A model generated the notes under the pieces. It was not told the DNA's origin, did not search any database, and saw only the letters and a program-made list of their open reading frames with translations. This document shows, in pieces, positions 33,645 to 51,009 of a stretch of DNA of 64,000 nt (positions within the stretch are counted from its first letter, which is position 1; every line of letters begins with the position of its first letter). The position numbers and the translations under genes are program-made. Source of the stretch: the human T2T-CHM13v2.0 reference genome, Homo sapiens; assembly GCF_009914755.1 (NCBI RefSeq), contig NC_060926.1; one strand, written 5' to 3'.

Positions 33645-33826
33645 CAGTTGTTCTCAAGGAGAGGTCCCCAGAGCATCAGTTTAAGAATTGTTAGAAATGC
33701 ACATTCTTGGGACTTAACCCAGACCTACTGAATCAGAAATCCTGTAAGTTGGGCCCAGCACTCTGTGTCTTAACAAACCCTCCCAGTTGATTCTGATGCA
33801 TGTGCAAATTAAAAACCCAGTGGTCC
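33645..33826. mobile_element. MER5A-like
   Basis: cccagacctactgaatcagaa...ttaacaaaccctccc..gattctgatgca. Confidence 0.75.
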
Positions 33827-33918
33827 AGGCTATGGCAGTGTTTCTCAAACCAGAAGGTCAGCAAATGCATTTTTTGGGGAAATGAAATTTTGCTAACAGA
33901 ATAAAAAATGAAATGTTA

Positions 33919-34053
33919 AATTTTTTTTTGTTTTTTAAAGATAGTGTCTGGGTATAGTTCCCAGGTTGGACTTGAATTTCGGGGTTCAGGTGATCCTCCT
34001 ACCTCAGCCTCCCAAGTAGCTGGGACTGCAGGCATGTGCCAGCACACCTGGCT
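33919..34053 (-). mobile_element. Alu monomer (FLAM-like) inside an old DNA-transposon fragment
   Basis: Single monomer; TSD aaaatgaaatgtt. Confidence 0.8.
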
Positions 34054-34789
34054 GAAAATGAAATGTTTTATTTTTGGCAAAAATCCCCAAAAGTGAATAT
34101 AAATATATTCTAGGTAACCTAAAACGACCAGTTAATGAACAACTACTGCCTTATTTTTCCTTTTCCATAGTTTGTGTGTGTACTTCTTTTTGTGCTGGTA
34201 TAGAGTAGAATTACTTTGCCATAGGTTAATGAGCCTCATTTGTGCTAAGTGAAGACTGGGTGAATAATGTTGTTGCAGGTGTTTGAACCTACAAAAGTGA
34301 TGGAAAATTGGGGCATCACCTAGTTTGACACTATATGCACGTCAAACATGAATGACCTGTGCCATAGCTATCAATGTTTTTGCAAGTGTGATTTGGTTTC
34401 AGCAAATAGCATCATTTCCCATACCAATTTAATGTTTGTAGCTTGATTTCATTGATTTTGCAGTTTTGAATATGTTTAATTTGTAAGGTTATTTTGACTT
34501 TATTATTACTTGTATATCTAAGCCTAAAGACCTTACACTGAAATTTCTATGTGCATATATTTAAGTAATATATAATGAAAATAATTTAAATTAACTTTGG
34601 GGTCTATATAAATTTGTTTTTGTTTCTTTTTAAAGGAATCTCTTCTGATATCAGTAAGGATAGGATAACTTATATAGCAATATACAAACAAATTTCAGTT
34701 ACTTAACTCAATAGCAGTTGAGGGAATTTTGCTAATTGAGGTCACTCAGTGACCCAGGCTGACTGAGGCTTCATTTTGACTTGAACATT

Positions 34790-36150
<1,361 letters not shown>

Positions 36151-37224
36151 GCATCTTTGATAAATGTTATGGCAAAATGTACACTGGCTTTGAAGCTTCC
36201 ACCTGGTAGCTCCACGTATTACTGATGATCGCCTTCTGTTGGCCACAGAATGCCACATGGTTTCACCTAAAAGGGCAGAGAAGCACAAATCTTGACATGT
36301 TTCTGGAAATGGAGAAACTAGAAATATTTGGTAAATAGCACTAGTGACTGCCATGATTTAGCTCATGTTTTGGAAACATCAAAATTGGAATCACCTAAAA
36401 ACAATGTATCTGGTTTATGTTAGAATCAAAAGATTTGTCTTCATTGAAATACTAGATCTAATGTCTTTGCCTTTTCTCAAGGGCCTTTAAGATAAATGGT
36501 CATATGAAAAGTTTTATATCTTCAGCAAGTTTGGCCCAAAGCATACTCTTTGTTATGTTACTTGGTGCCTCTTATGTAAGGAAATGCATGGCAATTCTTC
36601 TTAGAATTTAGCAACAGGAAGGTATTTATTTCTAGATAGACTTATGTGCTTCCCTTTTGTTTTAGAATGGGAAATATGCTTCTATTTTTACTTTTGTTGC
36701 TAGGAAGCTCAGAGCTGAAATTAATGACCACCTTATATCTTCCCAGTATAGCTAACACTCTCTTCTCAAATATTAAGATCTTTTTTTCTTATACATTTAA
36801 CTGTCTGTCATGCTTTTATTCTGCACTACCTCATTTTTTTTCAGTTAGTATATAAATCATAAATAAATTACAAATTTGATTACATTTTACAAACACTGCT
36901 TGGAGAAATATGCTTAATTTTCAAATTTACAGCTTATTCTGCTCTGTGTATCAAAAATACAATAATTTCAGATGCAAAAATGCAACATGACTAAGGGTTT
37001 GAGAAAATGGATAGAGGCATCTTTTAGAGTAGACACTGTATAATACTCTCAATGTATACTTTTGTGTATATGGGGTAGTTTGGTAATTAGAAGTCTCAAA
37101 AATGTGCATGCCATTAGACTCAAAATTGAACTTCTGGGTATTTATCTTAAGAAATAATTTGGAATGTGGGCAAAAATTAAAGATTAATAGCAATATAGTA
37201 GCTAATGCTTTTTAAGCTCCTAGT

Positions 37225-37483
37225 GGCCAGGCGCGGTGGCTCACGCTTGCAATTCCAGCACTTTGGGAGGCTGAGGCGGGTGGATCACTTGAGGTCAGGA
37301 GTTTGAGACCAGCCTGGCCAACATGGTGAAACCCTGTCTCTACTAAAAATATAGAAATTAGTCGGGTGTGGTGGCGCACGACTGTAATCCCAGCTACTTG
37401 GGAGGCTGCGGCACGAGTATTGCTTGAACCTGAGAGGCGGAGGTTGTAGTGAGCTGAGATGTCACGCCACTGCCCTCCAGCCT
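37225..37483 (+). mobile_element. AluS lacking its 3' end and poly(A) tail, inserted in a MIR
   Basis: Homology stops at ...ctccagcct; no A tail. Confidence 0.9.
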
Positions 37484-38314
37484 AAGCCATAGAATTAATA
37501 AGCAATTAATAAGCTCCTACTTAGTGCTTTATATGTATTGTATCATTTAAAATGTAGGCACCACTATTATCCCATTTAACATATGAGAAACCCAAGGCTC
37601 AAAGAAGTTAAACTCATCTCTTTGTTCTAGTACTAAGTTCCATGTCCCAGGAAACCCCCCAGTCCTGAGCAAATGGAATGGCTGGTCACCTGTTCCTGCT
37701 CTGGTGGGCACTCTCATCTCATGCCCTCCACTCAGGCTCTGAGCCAAAGCAGTGCCAACCTTTCCAGGTGAGCTCTGCTTTTCATAACCACCTAACCCAA
37801 TGTGGGGAGGGAAGGGGGAAGCAAACCACATCAGTGTCTTCTCCAGGGCTAAAGTACAAAGGAGAAATAGTTTTCCTTTTTCCATGCTTTTTGTTTGGAA
37901 GAAGGAAGATAGCTCTAAGCCCGATGGTACCAGGATTTCTCTTTTATTTTGCTCTGAGCTGTCCAAATGGCCTTAAACATGTTTGATGTTCTAATCTATA
38001 GGAGAGTTATGGGTATTCTTGCTGAGTAGTACATTTCTTTAATATTCCTGAACCATAATATATGTCTGTATGTTAGAGGCCTGCCAGCCAGCCTCTCAAT
38101 GTGACTTACCTTCTGTGCGGTTTTGTGAAAAGTTGACCTGGATTTTGCTTAGATGGCTTTAGAAATGGAATCCATCAAAAATATATTTCTTCCTATCTCT
38201 CTCTTTCTAAATTGCTGTTTGATCTTGTTGTAGTCTGCTAAATCTTGGCACTTGCTTCAAGTTGCACATCACCCTTTTTACATGGTTTGACAGATATAAC
38301 CAACTTTCATTTGA

Positions 38315-38404
38315 AATACATACAATATATCAAATATTACTGGTTATATAGAATATTGGTTATATAATACATACAATATATCAAACATTATTGGTTATAT
38401 ATAA
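38315..38404. repeat. Local AT-rich tandem duplication
   Basis: aatacatacaatatatcaaa.atta.tggttatata occurs twice, with a partial third unit between. Confidence 0.85.
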
Positions 38405-38449
38405 CACCATTGCACATATGTAGCTCATTTTTTAAATTTAGTGCATCAA

Positions 38450-39116
<667 letters not shown>

Positions 39117-39374
39117 TAAATTTAGTGCATCAAAAGTTTATCCATTCATTTGCAAAAATGCCATCTTTACCCATCAATTCCCACCGAATGATACACAGCT
39201 GACCCAAATTATTTAAATGAAAGTGTCTTTGATCTGTTAAAAAAGCATAAGAACCAAAGCTCCATTTCAAAGCTGCAGTAAGACCTAGTTTGTCAGACAG
39301 AACTAAAGATTCAAGGCCAAGGGTTGTGTTAGGGATGATAGGATTGTATGTTCTCTTTACAAAAACAGAAATTA

Positions 39375-39743
<369 letters not shown>

Positions 39744-40249
39744 CTATAGCTACTCACTTGGGAAAAACTGATTTCATTAGGCAGAATTTCCCCAGGCTCT
39801 GTACTTTCTTCAGATAGCCTTGGTATGTTAGGAAATGTTTGCATTTACCAGAGACTAAATGGCTGTTTTTTCTCTAAAACTTGTAACATTTCCTTCAAAA
39901 GGTGAATGCAAGACAACCAGCCCCTCCCTGCAATTTGCTGAGCTAGTGTACTGGTAATATGGGCCAAAGACTGTGATCTCTTCCTAGAAACACCTGGCTG
40001 GTTACAGACACACAGGAAGAACAATTGGGTAAACACAACCAGCTTTCCGTCAAGTTCTGGTGGGGGCTACCCTCACCACTTCGACTGAGAAGACACAGTT
40101 TCCTCCCAGAAAGTTCTTGGGGGTAGAGGAGTGAGTATCCTGGACCTTGGAACCATTGGCTACCTCGTGCCTCTCTTACCTGCGCCCTTAAGAAACGTTT
40201 CTGTTCCATTTCTGGTTCCTTTTGGAGGAATGCCATGGTTTTAATGCTA

Positions 40250-40260
40250 ATGACTCAGCA
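40250..40260 (+). promoter_or_regulatory. Consensus NFE2/NRF2-MAF (ARE/AP-1) motif
   Basis: ATGACTCAGCA; TEAD-like GGAATG ~20 bp upstream. Confidence 0.4.
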
Positions 40261-40388
40261 AACATTAGTTCTTTTCCTTAGTTATGGATGCTTTTGCTCC
40301 TTTTAATTTCTAATCTTATTTCCCAAAGATTTTCCCCACCTCAGCCCACCACCACAGCAGGAATAACTTTATTTAGAAAAAATATTGG

Positions 40389-40711
<323 letters not shown>

Positions 40712-41014
40712 CTAAATGAGTAAGATCTACTTTACATCTTCAAACCTTCACTGTCAGCGGACCTTGTCTTCCAGTTACCAAGAGTGAGGCCACCTAACCT
40801 GATGGCCTTCTTTCTACCCACCTGAAAATCTCTGTTTTTACCCATTTCCTCTCCCCTCCTCATATCTGAGGAGTAGAAGTGTCCGTCTTCTTTACATAGT
40901 TAATATTTTCCTCTGTATCTTCTGTCACCTCCCACCACGCCTCTTTTGGACCTTGCAGAGTCCCTTTTCTCTGTATCTTTAGTCTGGTGTTTTCATTCTT
41001 TCCTTCTCCACTGA

Positions 41015-41356
<342 letters not shown>

Positions 41357-42208
41357 CAGCTTTCACATTTTAAGGAAGTCACCTGCTCCACTGTTGCTGC
41401 CCTTTCAAGCTACTCCCCTTCCCTTCATTGCTAGTCTTCTCCCTGTGTTATCTGGAACATCCCATCCTTCCAGACCCTGCTCAATTGCTCAAAAGCCTCC
41501 AGGTGGGAAGGACCTTGTGCTGCTGCTCTCTGCTCCCTCTTTACCAAAATCTCTCTTCCTCCATAGGAAAAACTCATCCTCAAGACAGCCTCCCCATCCC
41601 CCAGTCCTTATGACAGTGTGCTAAATCCGAGAGGAAAAACCCAAGGTCAAGTTTTCCCTTAGTAGAGCCACCAATGGGAACAGTAATCTGTCTGATCCCT
41701 GCATTGGTTGACCTGTTCAATTTAGGCATCTTCCAAGGACAGATGCTAGTTGGAGATGAGGTTGGTGAATAATTAAATCTGAAATTACATTAAGAAAAGA
41801 AACAGTTCCTCCTTTAGCAAGGAATCTAGTCCAGTTTCAGGGAGTTACTGGGCTTCCTGTATCATGTGGCTTCGCATTTGGTTCCTATCCATTTAATTTC
41901 TATCTTGGGTCTGGTTGTGGGTAGGGGAAGGATCTCCCAGTATAAAAGAGGAGCTACACCAGTCTTTAGTGGATCTTTTGTTACTCAAAGAAGGGCTCTG
42001 GGCATTCTATTAAATATTAAGATTCTTTCTGTTTCATTTAATTGCTGTTTCTCAGCATCCTGTGACCCTATAATTTGTCCAGGATGGTTCTTCCTTGACC
42101 ACTATAGGATGTCAGGTATCCTTGTTTTCCTCATGTCTCAATGGCCCCTTAGGGGCCGCTGACAACAATGGTTGAGAAGACACTATTTTCCCATAAATGT
42201 TTACATGC

Positions 42209-42698
42209 TGTGGCAGGCAGAATTCTCAGATGACCCCCAATGACCCACCCCAGTATGCAGTCTGCTCTTCCTGAGTGTGGGAAGCACCTGTGAGTATGAT
42301 GATATTATGATTGTATTCTATGCGATGGTAAAAGGGAGAGTATCCTGGTGGACTTGACCTAATCTGATGAGCCCTCTAAAAGCAGAGAGTTTTCTCTGGC
42401 TCGCTCCAAAAAACAAAGTCAGAGATTTGAAACAAAAGAAGAATTTGGCATGGAATTGCTTATTTGAAGGTAGAGGCCACATGGCAATGGATGTGGGTAG
42501 CTCTCTGGGAGCTGAGAGCTGGACCCCAGTCTTACAAGAAAATAAATTCTGCCAATAACCAGTGAGCTTAGGCAAGGACTCTGAGCCCCAGATAAGAGGT
42601 GAACAGACGACCTTGTTCTGTGCCTGGACTTCTGGCCTACAGAACTGTGAGATAATAAGTTTGTGGTAACTTGTTGCACAGCAACAGAAAACCAACAC
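42209..42698 (+). mobile_element. MLT1D/E-like MaLR solo LTR
   Basis: tgtggcaggcagaattct...gacttctggcctacagaactgtgagataata...agaaaaccaaca. Confidence 0.85.
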
Positions 42699-43180
42699 CC
42701 ATGTGTTTGTCTTTTAAAAGTATACAGATTTCTTCAATACATTGTAATGTTCTCAATTGTCAGATTGGCCCTTGCTTCATCATGGTGTCTGTCACCGTGC
42801 CCCGGGTGACGTCTAGTGGCAGAACTCAGCTAATGCTTGTCTAGTGAATGAATGACATTTTAAGGTTCACCTGGGTGGAGAAGGCGGGGGCGGGGGGGAG
42901 TAATAAACATTCTTTAAAGTTATCCCAATTCAGCTGAACAACGTTTGTTTAGTATCTACTTCATTCAAGGCACTAATTTAATGTGTTTTATCCTGATTTC
43001 TTTCAGTGGCTGCAGGTTTTTCATTAAAGTTGATTTTTCCTGGACTTTCCTGAAAGGTTTCTTTCTTTGGCAAGGATTTAACAAGAGCCATATCAGCATA
43101 TAATTTTATTTGTGTTGTCTTATCAACACCCTGCAGCATGTGTACACTCTACCAGACTGTATGAAATGGCAAAGTAATAG

Positions 43181-43830
<650 letters not shown>

Positions 43831-44404
43831 TCTTATAAAATGTGAAAAGTTGATTCTTGTAAATTCCAAGAACTGAGCTTTCGCTTCTATAGTTGGTACT
43901 GCAAAAGCAATAGGTGTTTTGTTTTCCAAATATAAAATGGCATATTAATTACACTTTTTCAAATGAAACATCCTTTTGGATATTCTCATACCAGCTCCTC
44001 TTAGGAGAGGCAGGCTCGCTTGCTTGAGAATCACTGGTCCTGGGCCCAGATAAGAGTAACTGTAACTGCCTCCAGAGTCATCCAAATTTCCAGGACCTTC
44101 CCCCAACCCTGGAGCTCAAACTAACGAAACCAGTCTGTTAGGAAACTAGAGGGGGCTGTCTTTTACAGATGTGGGTAGCCTCGGGAATTTTGGCTTGTCC
44201 AGAGGAAACCAGGTTCAGGCTGTTGGCCCTAAGTTCTTGCAAAATCAAGTGTTGCCTTTTGTGGGTATGTGGTGTGGATGTTCTTAGAGATAAGAGCCAG
44301 GTAGGAGAGGCCATGCAGAAATCCGGTTTCAGAACTCCATAAAAACTAGGGGAGGCTGCTCTTCTCAGGAGAGTGAAACAGTCTTCCCACAGAAGATGAG
44401 CTGG

Positions 44405-44699
44405 AGGCTGAGTGTCATGGCTTACACCTGTAATCCCAACACTTTGGGAAGCTGAGATGGGAGGATTGCTTGAGGATGGGACTTTGAGACCAGCCTGGGC
44501 AACAACAAAGGGGGACCCCCATCTCTACAAAAACTAAACAATTAGCTGGGTGTGATGGTATGCACCTGTAGTCCCGGCTAGTCGGGAGGCCGAGGCGGGA
44601 AGACTGCTTGAGACTAGGAGGTCAAGACTGCAGTGATCCATGATCTTGCCACTGCGCTCCAGCCTGGGTGACAGAGTGAGACCTTGTCTCAGAAAAAAA
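44405..44699 (+). mobile_element. AluJ
   Basis: Sense dimer; degenerate TSD agaag..agctgg. Confidence 0.9.
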
Positions 44700-45379
44700 G
44701 AAGGCAAGCTGGGAACATTGTGAGGTTTGTTTCTCTGTAGAGCATGGAGGAAGGGAAATAATTTGGTGCCAGGGAAACACGCTTACTGCTCTTTCAGAAC
44801 TTTGTTTTGAAATGGCGTCTAGATTTCAGCAACATGCTCGCACTTGAAAAATGAAAACATTGGACAGAGTTGGTGTTTACGAGTGTGAACTTGCTCTGGC
44901 ATTTAGTGTAATTTTTTTGGCTACGTAACTGCCATTCTTCCCATCTGCTCCCTGAAGCAAATCTTTGTGAAAGAGGAGTTCCAGCTGGAGATTTTAGTTG
45001 CTTGGTTCAAAATATGCTGCCGGTGGGAGAGGGAAGGGGTTTCCCTGTCTCCATCTGAGAAGTGTGTTACATGGAGACTTATCTGTGAACAGGAATGAAG
45101 AAAGGAACTATGAATTTGCAACCACAGAGATCAATGTGATGTGGACACATTTGGATTTTTCTTGGGGGTAATTAGGGTTTAGCCCAGGCTCCTCCTGGTG
45201 GGAGGATGCTCTCACCAAGCCCCAAGCAAGGGCTTTAGAAGTGTGTGCTTACTTTCCCTGGGTCTTAATTAGGGGCCTGGGTGGCTTGTTAAATCTCATA
45301 TACCTTCTGTGTAATAGTTTCTGACCTTCACTAGAACGCTTGTTTTTTGAAGAGAGAAGTGCTGTATTGGGGGCCCTTG

Positions 45380-45548
45380 TAGGGGTTACTGAAATTCAGG
45401 TAATCAACAAGTAATATTTTAGAATAAGCATTCACAAGATTGCATGTGACGTACTTGTACTAAAAAAAAAAAATTCATTGTTGATCTGAAATTGGAATTT
45501 AACTTGGGTCGTGTTCTGTTTTGTTTTGGCTGAATCCGGCAACACTAG
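45380..45548. mobile_element. MER53-like hAT MITE
   Basis: tagggg ttac ... ctgaaatt.gaatttaact...tccggcaacacta termini. Confidence 0.65.
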
Positions 45549-46039
45549 TTCCGTGGGGCCAGGTGACCTGAGCTGGGGTGAGGTAGCAAATGCCAGGATG
45601 ATAGTAGGGTTCATTTCCTGGTAGTTTCTGATGGTGGCTTGTGATAAGAAAGTGGCACCAAGGAGCTGCCTTCCTGAGAAGTCTGCTAAATTACAGAAAG
45701 CTGTTTGGAATCAGAAAGGAGCCAATAACCTGATTAAGAGCACCCTTGCATTTCTTCCTCATTGGGCAATGGGAAATTGCCTGGGAGGATCCAGCCTTTA
45801 CCATTAACCTTTCCTTCTTGGAGGACCGGCTCCAGTGGCTTTGACCAGTTATGTGGTGGCCTGGCATGCTGTCATCTGTGCTAGCCACTTTCCTATAATG
45901 TCTGCTCTTATGCTTCCAGCGAAGAGGGGGGCACCAAAATGTTGTTGTTTTGAGGGCTGATAGCAGGGAGTGAAATCAGAAATCCTGTGTGAAGGTTAGT
46001 GTAACTGGGAGATTGAAGGATGTAGTGAGAAGGGAAACT

Positions 46040-46255
46040 CCATAGCCAGACAGACCTGGTTTCAAAGCCTGGGACCAGCACTTGCTGGTTGTTGGATCTT
46101 GGAACAAGGGCTCAGTTTTCTGGTCTCTGAAATGGGGTTGCTAGTGATGCTTACCTCACAAGGTTGTGCTGAGGGTTAAATGAGCTAGTATAGTCAAGGC
46201 TTTTACATAGTGTGTGTTATTCGGTACAAGCTGAATTAATGACAGTGCTTACTGC
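46040..46255 (+). mobile_element. MIR
   Basis: gacagacctgg...ctcagtttt...cttacctcacaaggttgtg...ttaaatgag. Confidence 0.7.
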
Positions 46256-48488
46256 CTCATCAACATGTGAGTTCTAGGTACTCCATGTCACCTACATGCT
46301 CATGTTTGTCTTTTAAATCTTGCCACTTGCCCATTGAAATAGGATATCTTGCATGCCTCCTTTTTGACGGAGAGCTGGCTGGCTCTGAGGCTCCTTCTAG
46401 AAGGACTCTGGGGTTTCTTGGCACCATAATCAATGGCTGCACTTGATCTTATTGGCTGCAGCTCCAATATGGGGGTAGGGTTTTGGGTTCCTCATTATTT
46501 CATGACCTTCTACTCCAAACCTCTACATATCAACATTAAATATCAGTACATGCATCATGATTGCTCTGCAAAGCCAGCTTCAGACAAGCTCCTAAACCTC
46601 CAGTCAGACTGTGGCCCCAGGTCCCTGAGTAAAGATCTTGGGAGCCACCACTGGGCCAGATGAGAAGTACTTGAGAGACCCAGCATGACCAGCCTCTCCT
46701 GGCAGGAGCCCCCAAAGTCTCTGGAGCACAGACTGTGTAAGAACACAAATAAAACAAATACAGAAGCCATTCTGAATGTGTCAGCATTTACAAGAAAGGT
46801 ACTGTTAATATTCTATAGATAGCTCTGTGGCTCATGGAATGTGTTGATGTATGTATTGCAATAAAGGAAGCATGGGTAGATTAAAGGGCAGATTTAATGG
46901 AATGGCTAGGCTTTTAGAAAGGACATTAAAAGAAAGTTCCAGTGAGATTTTCACATAATTGATTACACATGAGGATGGAGGAGGCTTGTTTAGTGGGCTG
47001 GTGCATAGGCTGTGGGCTGTAGAGGCCGAGGCTGCCCAGGAATTCAGGCCCTGGGAGAGGCAGTGCCGGTGCAGGTCCCTTGGCCTCATTGGCCTATTCC
47101 TTTACCTGGCGGCTGCATCCAGCCTTGCTGCTCGGCCTGCCGCTGCCCTCAGAGAGTCAGCTGGCTGGTGGGTTGGCTGACAGCAGTGTTGTGTGCTGAA
47201 TTCCTTTCCAAGGAGGAGGAGGAGATGCCAGCTATTCCATACATCATCCTCTGCCACCTGCCAAGGAGGCGAGATACTGCTGGGGAGAAAACAGCTTTTA
47301 CTCATTCCTTTGTATTTGGGCCTGAATACCAGCCAGAAGCAGTGGGGTTTGGTTAGTAAGTCTGTCGCAAATCATGCTAATGGAAGTGCTGTGTAGAACA
47401 TCAGGGCTGGGGAGTGTGTGATTGTTGAAAATTTCAGGCAGGGTGTTATCCTCCCCAGTGTTCCACTTAAGGAGCTGCTCTGCTGCAATCACATCATTGT
47501 GGCTGGGTGTGAGCAGCCTGCTCTGACAGGAAAGGACAGGCAAGGTTCGGGGTGGGGAGCACTCGGAGGTCTGTGATGTGATTAGTGGAGGGTTAGCACG
47601 GACAAGCTGTTGGCCTGGTCTCTTGAGTAGTGAACCCAGATGGGAGAGACAGTTTGCCGAATGCACAAAGACAAAGGAGAGCAGGACAGTTACAAGTGCC
47701 ACCCTCAAACTCCATCAGACGGTGCTAGGTGAGGTTTCCCTTGGACTTATACCATCTGACAAGTTGGCCAAATTAGACATCATACTCAAAGAAAGGGCCC
47801 ACCATGTTCAGGGAGAAATCTTTCAGTCCTGGGGCATAGAGGTTTGCCATTGTCTTCCCTCTGCCTGACTTTGGTGCGTCCTGGCACTCAGCTTTCACGG
47901 TTGGCCCAGGTCTGAGTTTCATGTTGCTCCCATCTGTCCCTTTCACCTGGAGAACCTGTTATACTTCATGACCTGCTGACATCCTCCTCCAGTAGGTAAT
48001 GTGTGGTGCTAGAGGCCCTTCATTTTACCAGTGATATCAGAGGTGTACTGGAGGCAGAAGAGTCGCCCACAGCAGAATGGCTCATGGTGAAACCTGCAGA
48101 GGTTATCTGAATGAGTCCTTCCTGGTTTACATGAGCTATCTTTAGGAAAGCAGGGGCTTCCATTTTTCCACTAACATTGCCCAAATGCCTCTCCTTTCCC
48201 ACCTTGTCCCAAACACACACCTGCACCCCTCCTTGGCTCCCTTCTTCTCTCCCTAGGCGACTAGATTAGTAAATCTGAGTTAAATACACTTGAAGGGGCC
48301 TTGGTGTTTTTTAAGCCGTGGTGCTGAACCAGCTTCTCCTGCTGCCTGCCCTCCTGAGTCATTGCCTGGCCTAGTTGCCAGTAAGAGTTGGGAGGAGGGA
48401 AAGGTGACTAATAACAAGCATGGGGGAATCTTTAGCCTGGAGAGCGATTTTCCTGCTTTCTTTACACCAAGTCATTGTGTGGAAGGAA

Positions 48489-48491
<3 letters not shown>

Positions 48492-48534
<43 letters not shown>
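48492..48534. repeat. (TG)~21 perfect microsatellite
   Basis: Uninterrupted GT dinucleotide run. Confidence 0.97.
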
Positions 48535-48535
<1 letters not shown>

Positions 48536-51009
48536 ATGCTGGGGCCTTTTCCAAAAGCAAGTGCTTTCTCAGCATCACCTGGGGCCCTTGCCACAGGAGG
48601 ATGTTCTGAGGTCATGCTCTTTTCCTTCTTGTTGTCAGACTCGAGTCCAACATTAGCTTTGTTATTCCGGCCAGATGAGGAAGGAGACCATTTGGAAGTC
48701 ATTTTTCACCATGTTCTTGGGCTTACTAATCCGATCACCTTTCTTGTCAGATCAAAGGTGATTGTTAAGTGTACTAAATTCTTCACACAGGACTTTTGCC
48801 CTTTTTTCAAATTTCTGTTTCTCCAAAACTGTAAAAATGAGCATAGATGCTTTCAAAATGAAAGTCCCTCCACAAATAACCCTAATGGAAAGGAAAACAA
48901 CATCCTTCGGTACACTTCTTGCTTTCTGGGCCCTCAGAGAAGGGATCGGTCTGGGAGAAAGGGATTGTGTATCCAAACTGGACACCTCCAGCCAGCCAGA
49001 AAAGAGGATCTGTGCCTTTATTTATACTGTATTTACACAGCTCGGTGACCATTGAAGAAGTCTGTTTAATGAAATGCTGGAGTCGTTTTTAGATGGGCCT
49101 GTTGGAATCATTATGAGTAAACACGTGTAGAGATTTATTTTCCTTCTCCCAGAGGTCTCTTGGAGGTCCCTGAAGATAAATATTTGCATGGTTTCCAGTT
49201 TATACTTCCCCAGCCTAATGTGGTGCTGAGGCAAGTGGTTTGCCTCCTTTCACTGAGCTTGTTAACATGCACAGGACCCCTGTCCTCCCAGGGCGGGCTG
49301 TGACATTCTAACCCTGCCTCAGAGACAGTGCCTGGGTGGGCAGCCACTTGACCAACCTAAAGGCTAGTGCAGGCGTGGGCTTGTTGCTGTTCCAAGCAAC
49401 CACACGCGGTAGTTGGTGGAGTGGACCAGCTTGAATCTAATGGTTTACCTTGCGTTCATGAAGCCAGGTCCTGCGTGAATCTGCATGGCTGCCCCAGTGT
49501 TATGGAATGTGGGGGCAGTGGACATAATTCTCAAGTGTCCTGAGAAATGCAGATCTCTGGAATTCTCAGTGTTCTCTTTGGGAAGCTGATTTACACTTGC
49601 TTTTCAATTGTTTTCCCTTCAGACCCTTAATCCAAAACAAACCAGGAGATGTTACCAAAGACATGGTTTAAACAATTTTTTTGATTGGTCTTTGTCTCCT
49701 TTCTTGGTTTAAAGTGAGGGGACAAGGAATTGCAGGGTGTTTCATGTTTATACTATATGCATTTTATTTAACTACAAGTTAGGAAAGTAGACCCAAGGTT
49801 ACCCCATAAAAGACATGACTGGTTATTTGAGAGTATGTTATTAGCATAAAATGGGGTGAGGAAGAGGTCTGGGACTGTTCGATTTATTTTGTGGCTCCCT
49901 ACTGGAGCACAGCAGAGGTCTTAGAAATTGATGTCAATAAATTTCAGAAATATTTTCATCTCAGAGTCAAAATGTTCTTTACCATAAGGTAGTGATAGTA
50001 TTTAACCTAAGAAATACAATATGCTCATGTCTAATCTTCAGTTGGGTACACAAATTCATGGAGAGGCTTAAGGAAGACTGAAGTCACCTTTCATTCAGGG
50101 ATTTGGGAAAAGGTTATGGCAGCTTTAATTCAGCATTATAGATATGTCAATCTAACTATGTATTGCCCCTGAAAGCATGGCTACTGCATCCTGCAAGATT
50201 TTGCAGCTGACCTTTTTAGGTTGTTGTTGGACATCCAGGGCTGAATGCTGTCATGAAATTCTGCTCCTTGGTAGCTCACCATCCACCGTAAGCTCACCAT
50301 CCACTGTATGTGAATTGTCCCTAAGTGAGAAAACAGACTGCAGCAGGCCAGTGAACTTTTTGAGAAACTGGCAGACCAGCAGACATTCTGGCGCCAGCAG
50401 GACACCAGTGGGAACTGAAGGTCTTTGTACCAGGAATAAAACAGTGCTTCTTCCTTGAAGGAGAGGGAGCCTTGGCACTTGGAAAACCCTTGGTAGGAAT
50501 TGGGTAGTGAAGCTTGAGGGAAGGGCCTGGAGACTGGTGAGTAGCTCTATGTGTAACCGGGGAGAGGAATTTCTTCTCCTGGGTGAAACAAGGGATGTAG
50601 GGGTGAGAAGGGAGTGGGGACAGTAGCTGAAAGTGTCAGTCAAGAGGTGTCCTCTCTGGGTGGAAACCCTCTCGTTTTCAGTGAAATCTCTCAGGAACTG
50701 CTTCATGGCAGCAGATTTTGAGAACCAGTGAAAGGGCTGCATTTTGCATTAGGGTCGGTGGGGGAACTAAAAGAATCACAGGCAGATGCAGGGCCTGGGA
50801 ATTGGCACGATTCAGGGGTAGGGGAGTGAGGAGGAGTTTCGGACATTCCTAGACTGCAGAATTGGTGGATTCAAGACAATTTCACCCAGATCTTACAGGG
50901 CAGAGATCCACACCTGTGGGTCATGTGTTTGAAACAAGGTCCACAAGCAACCCCGTGGGTCCATTCTGTTTTCCCCGAAGAATACTGAATGGGATGGGAG
51001 GTTCCTGGG

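Noticed and set aside
48290-49048. 252-aa ORF on the + strand
   Set aside because: Non-ATG start, reads through the (TG)n microsatellite, no recognisable domain; consistent with a chance ORF.
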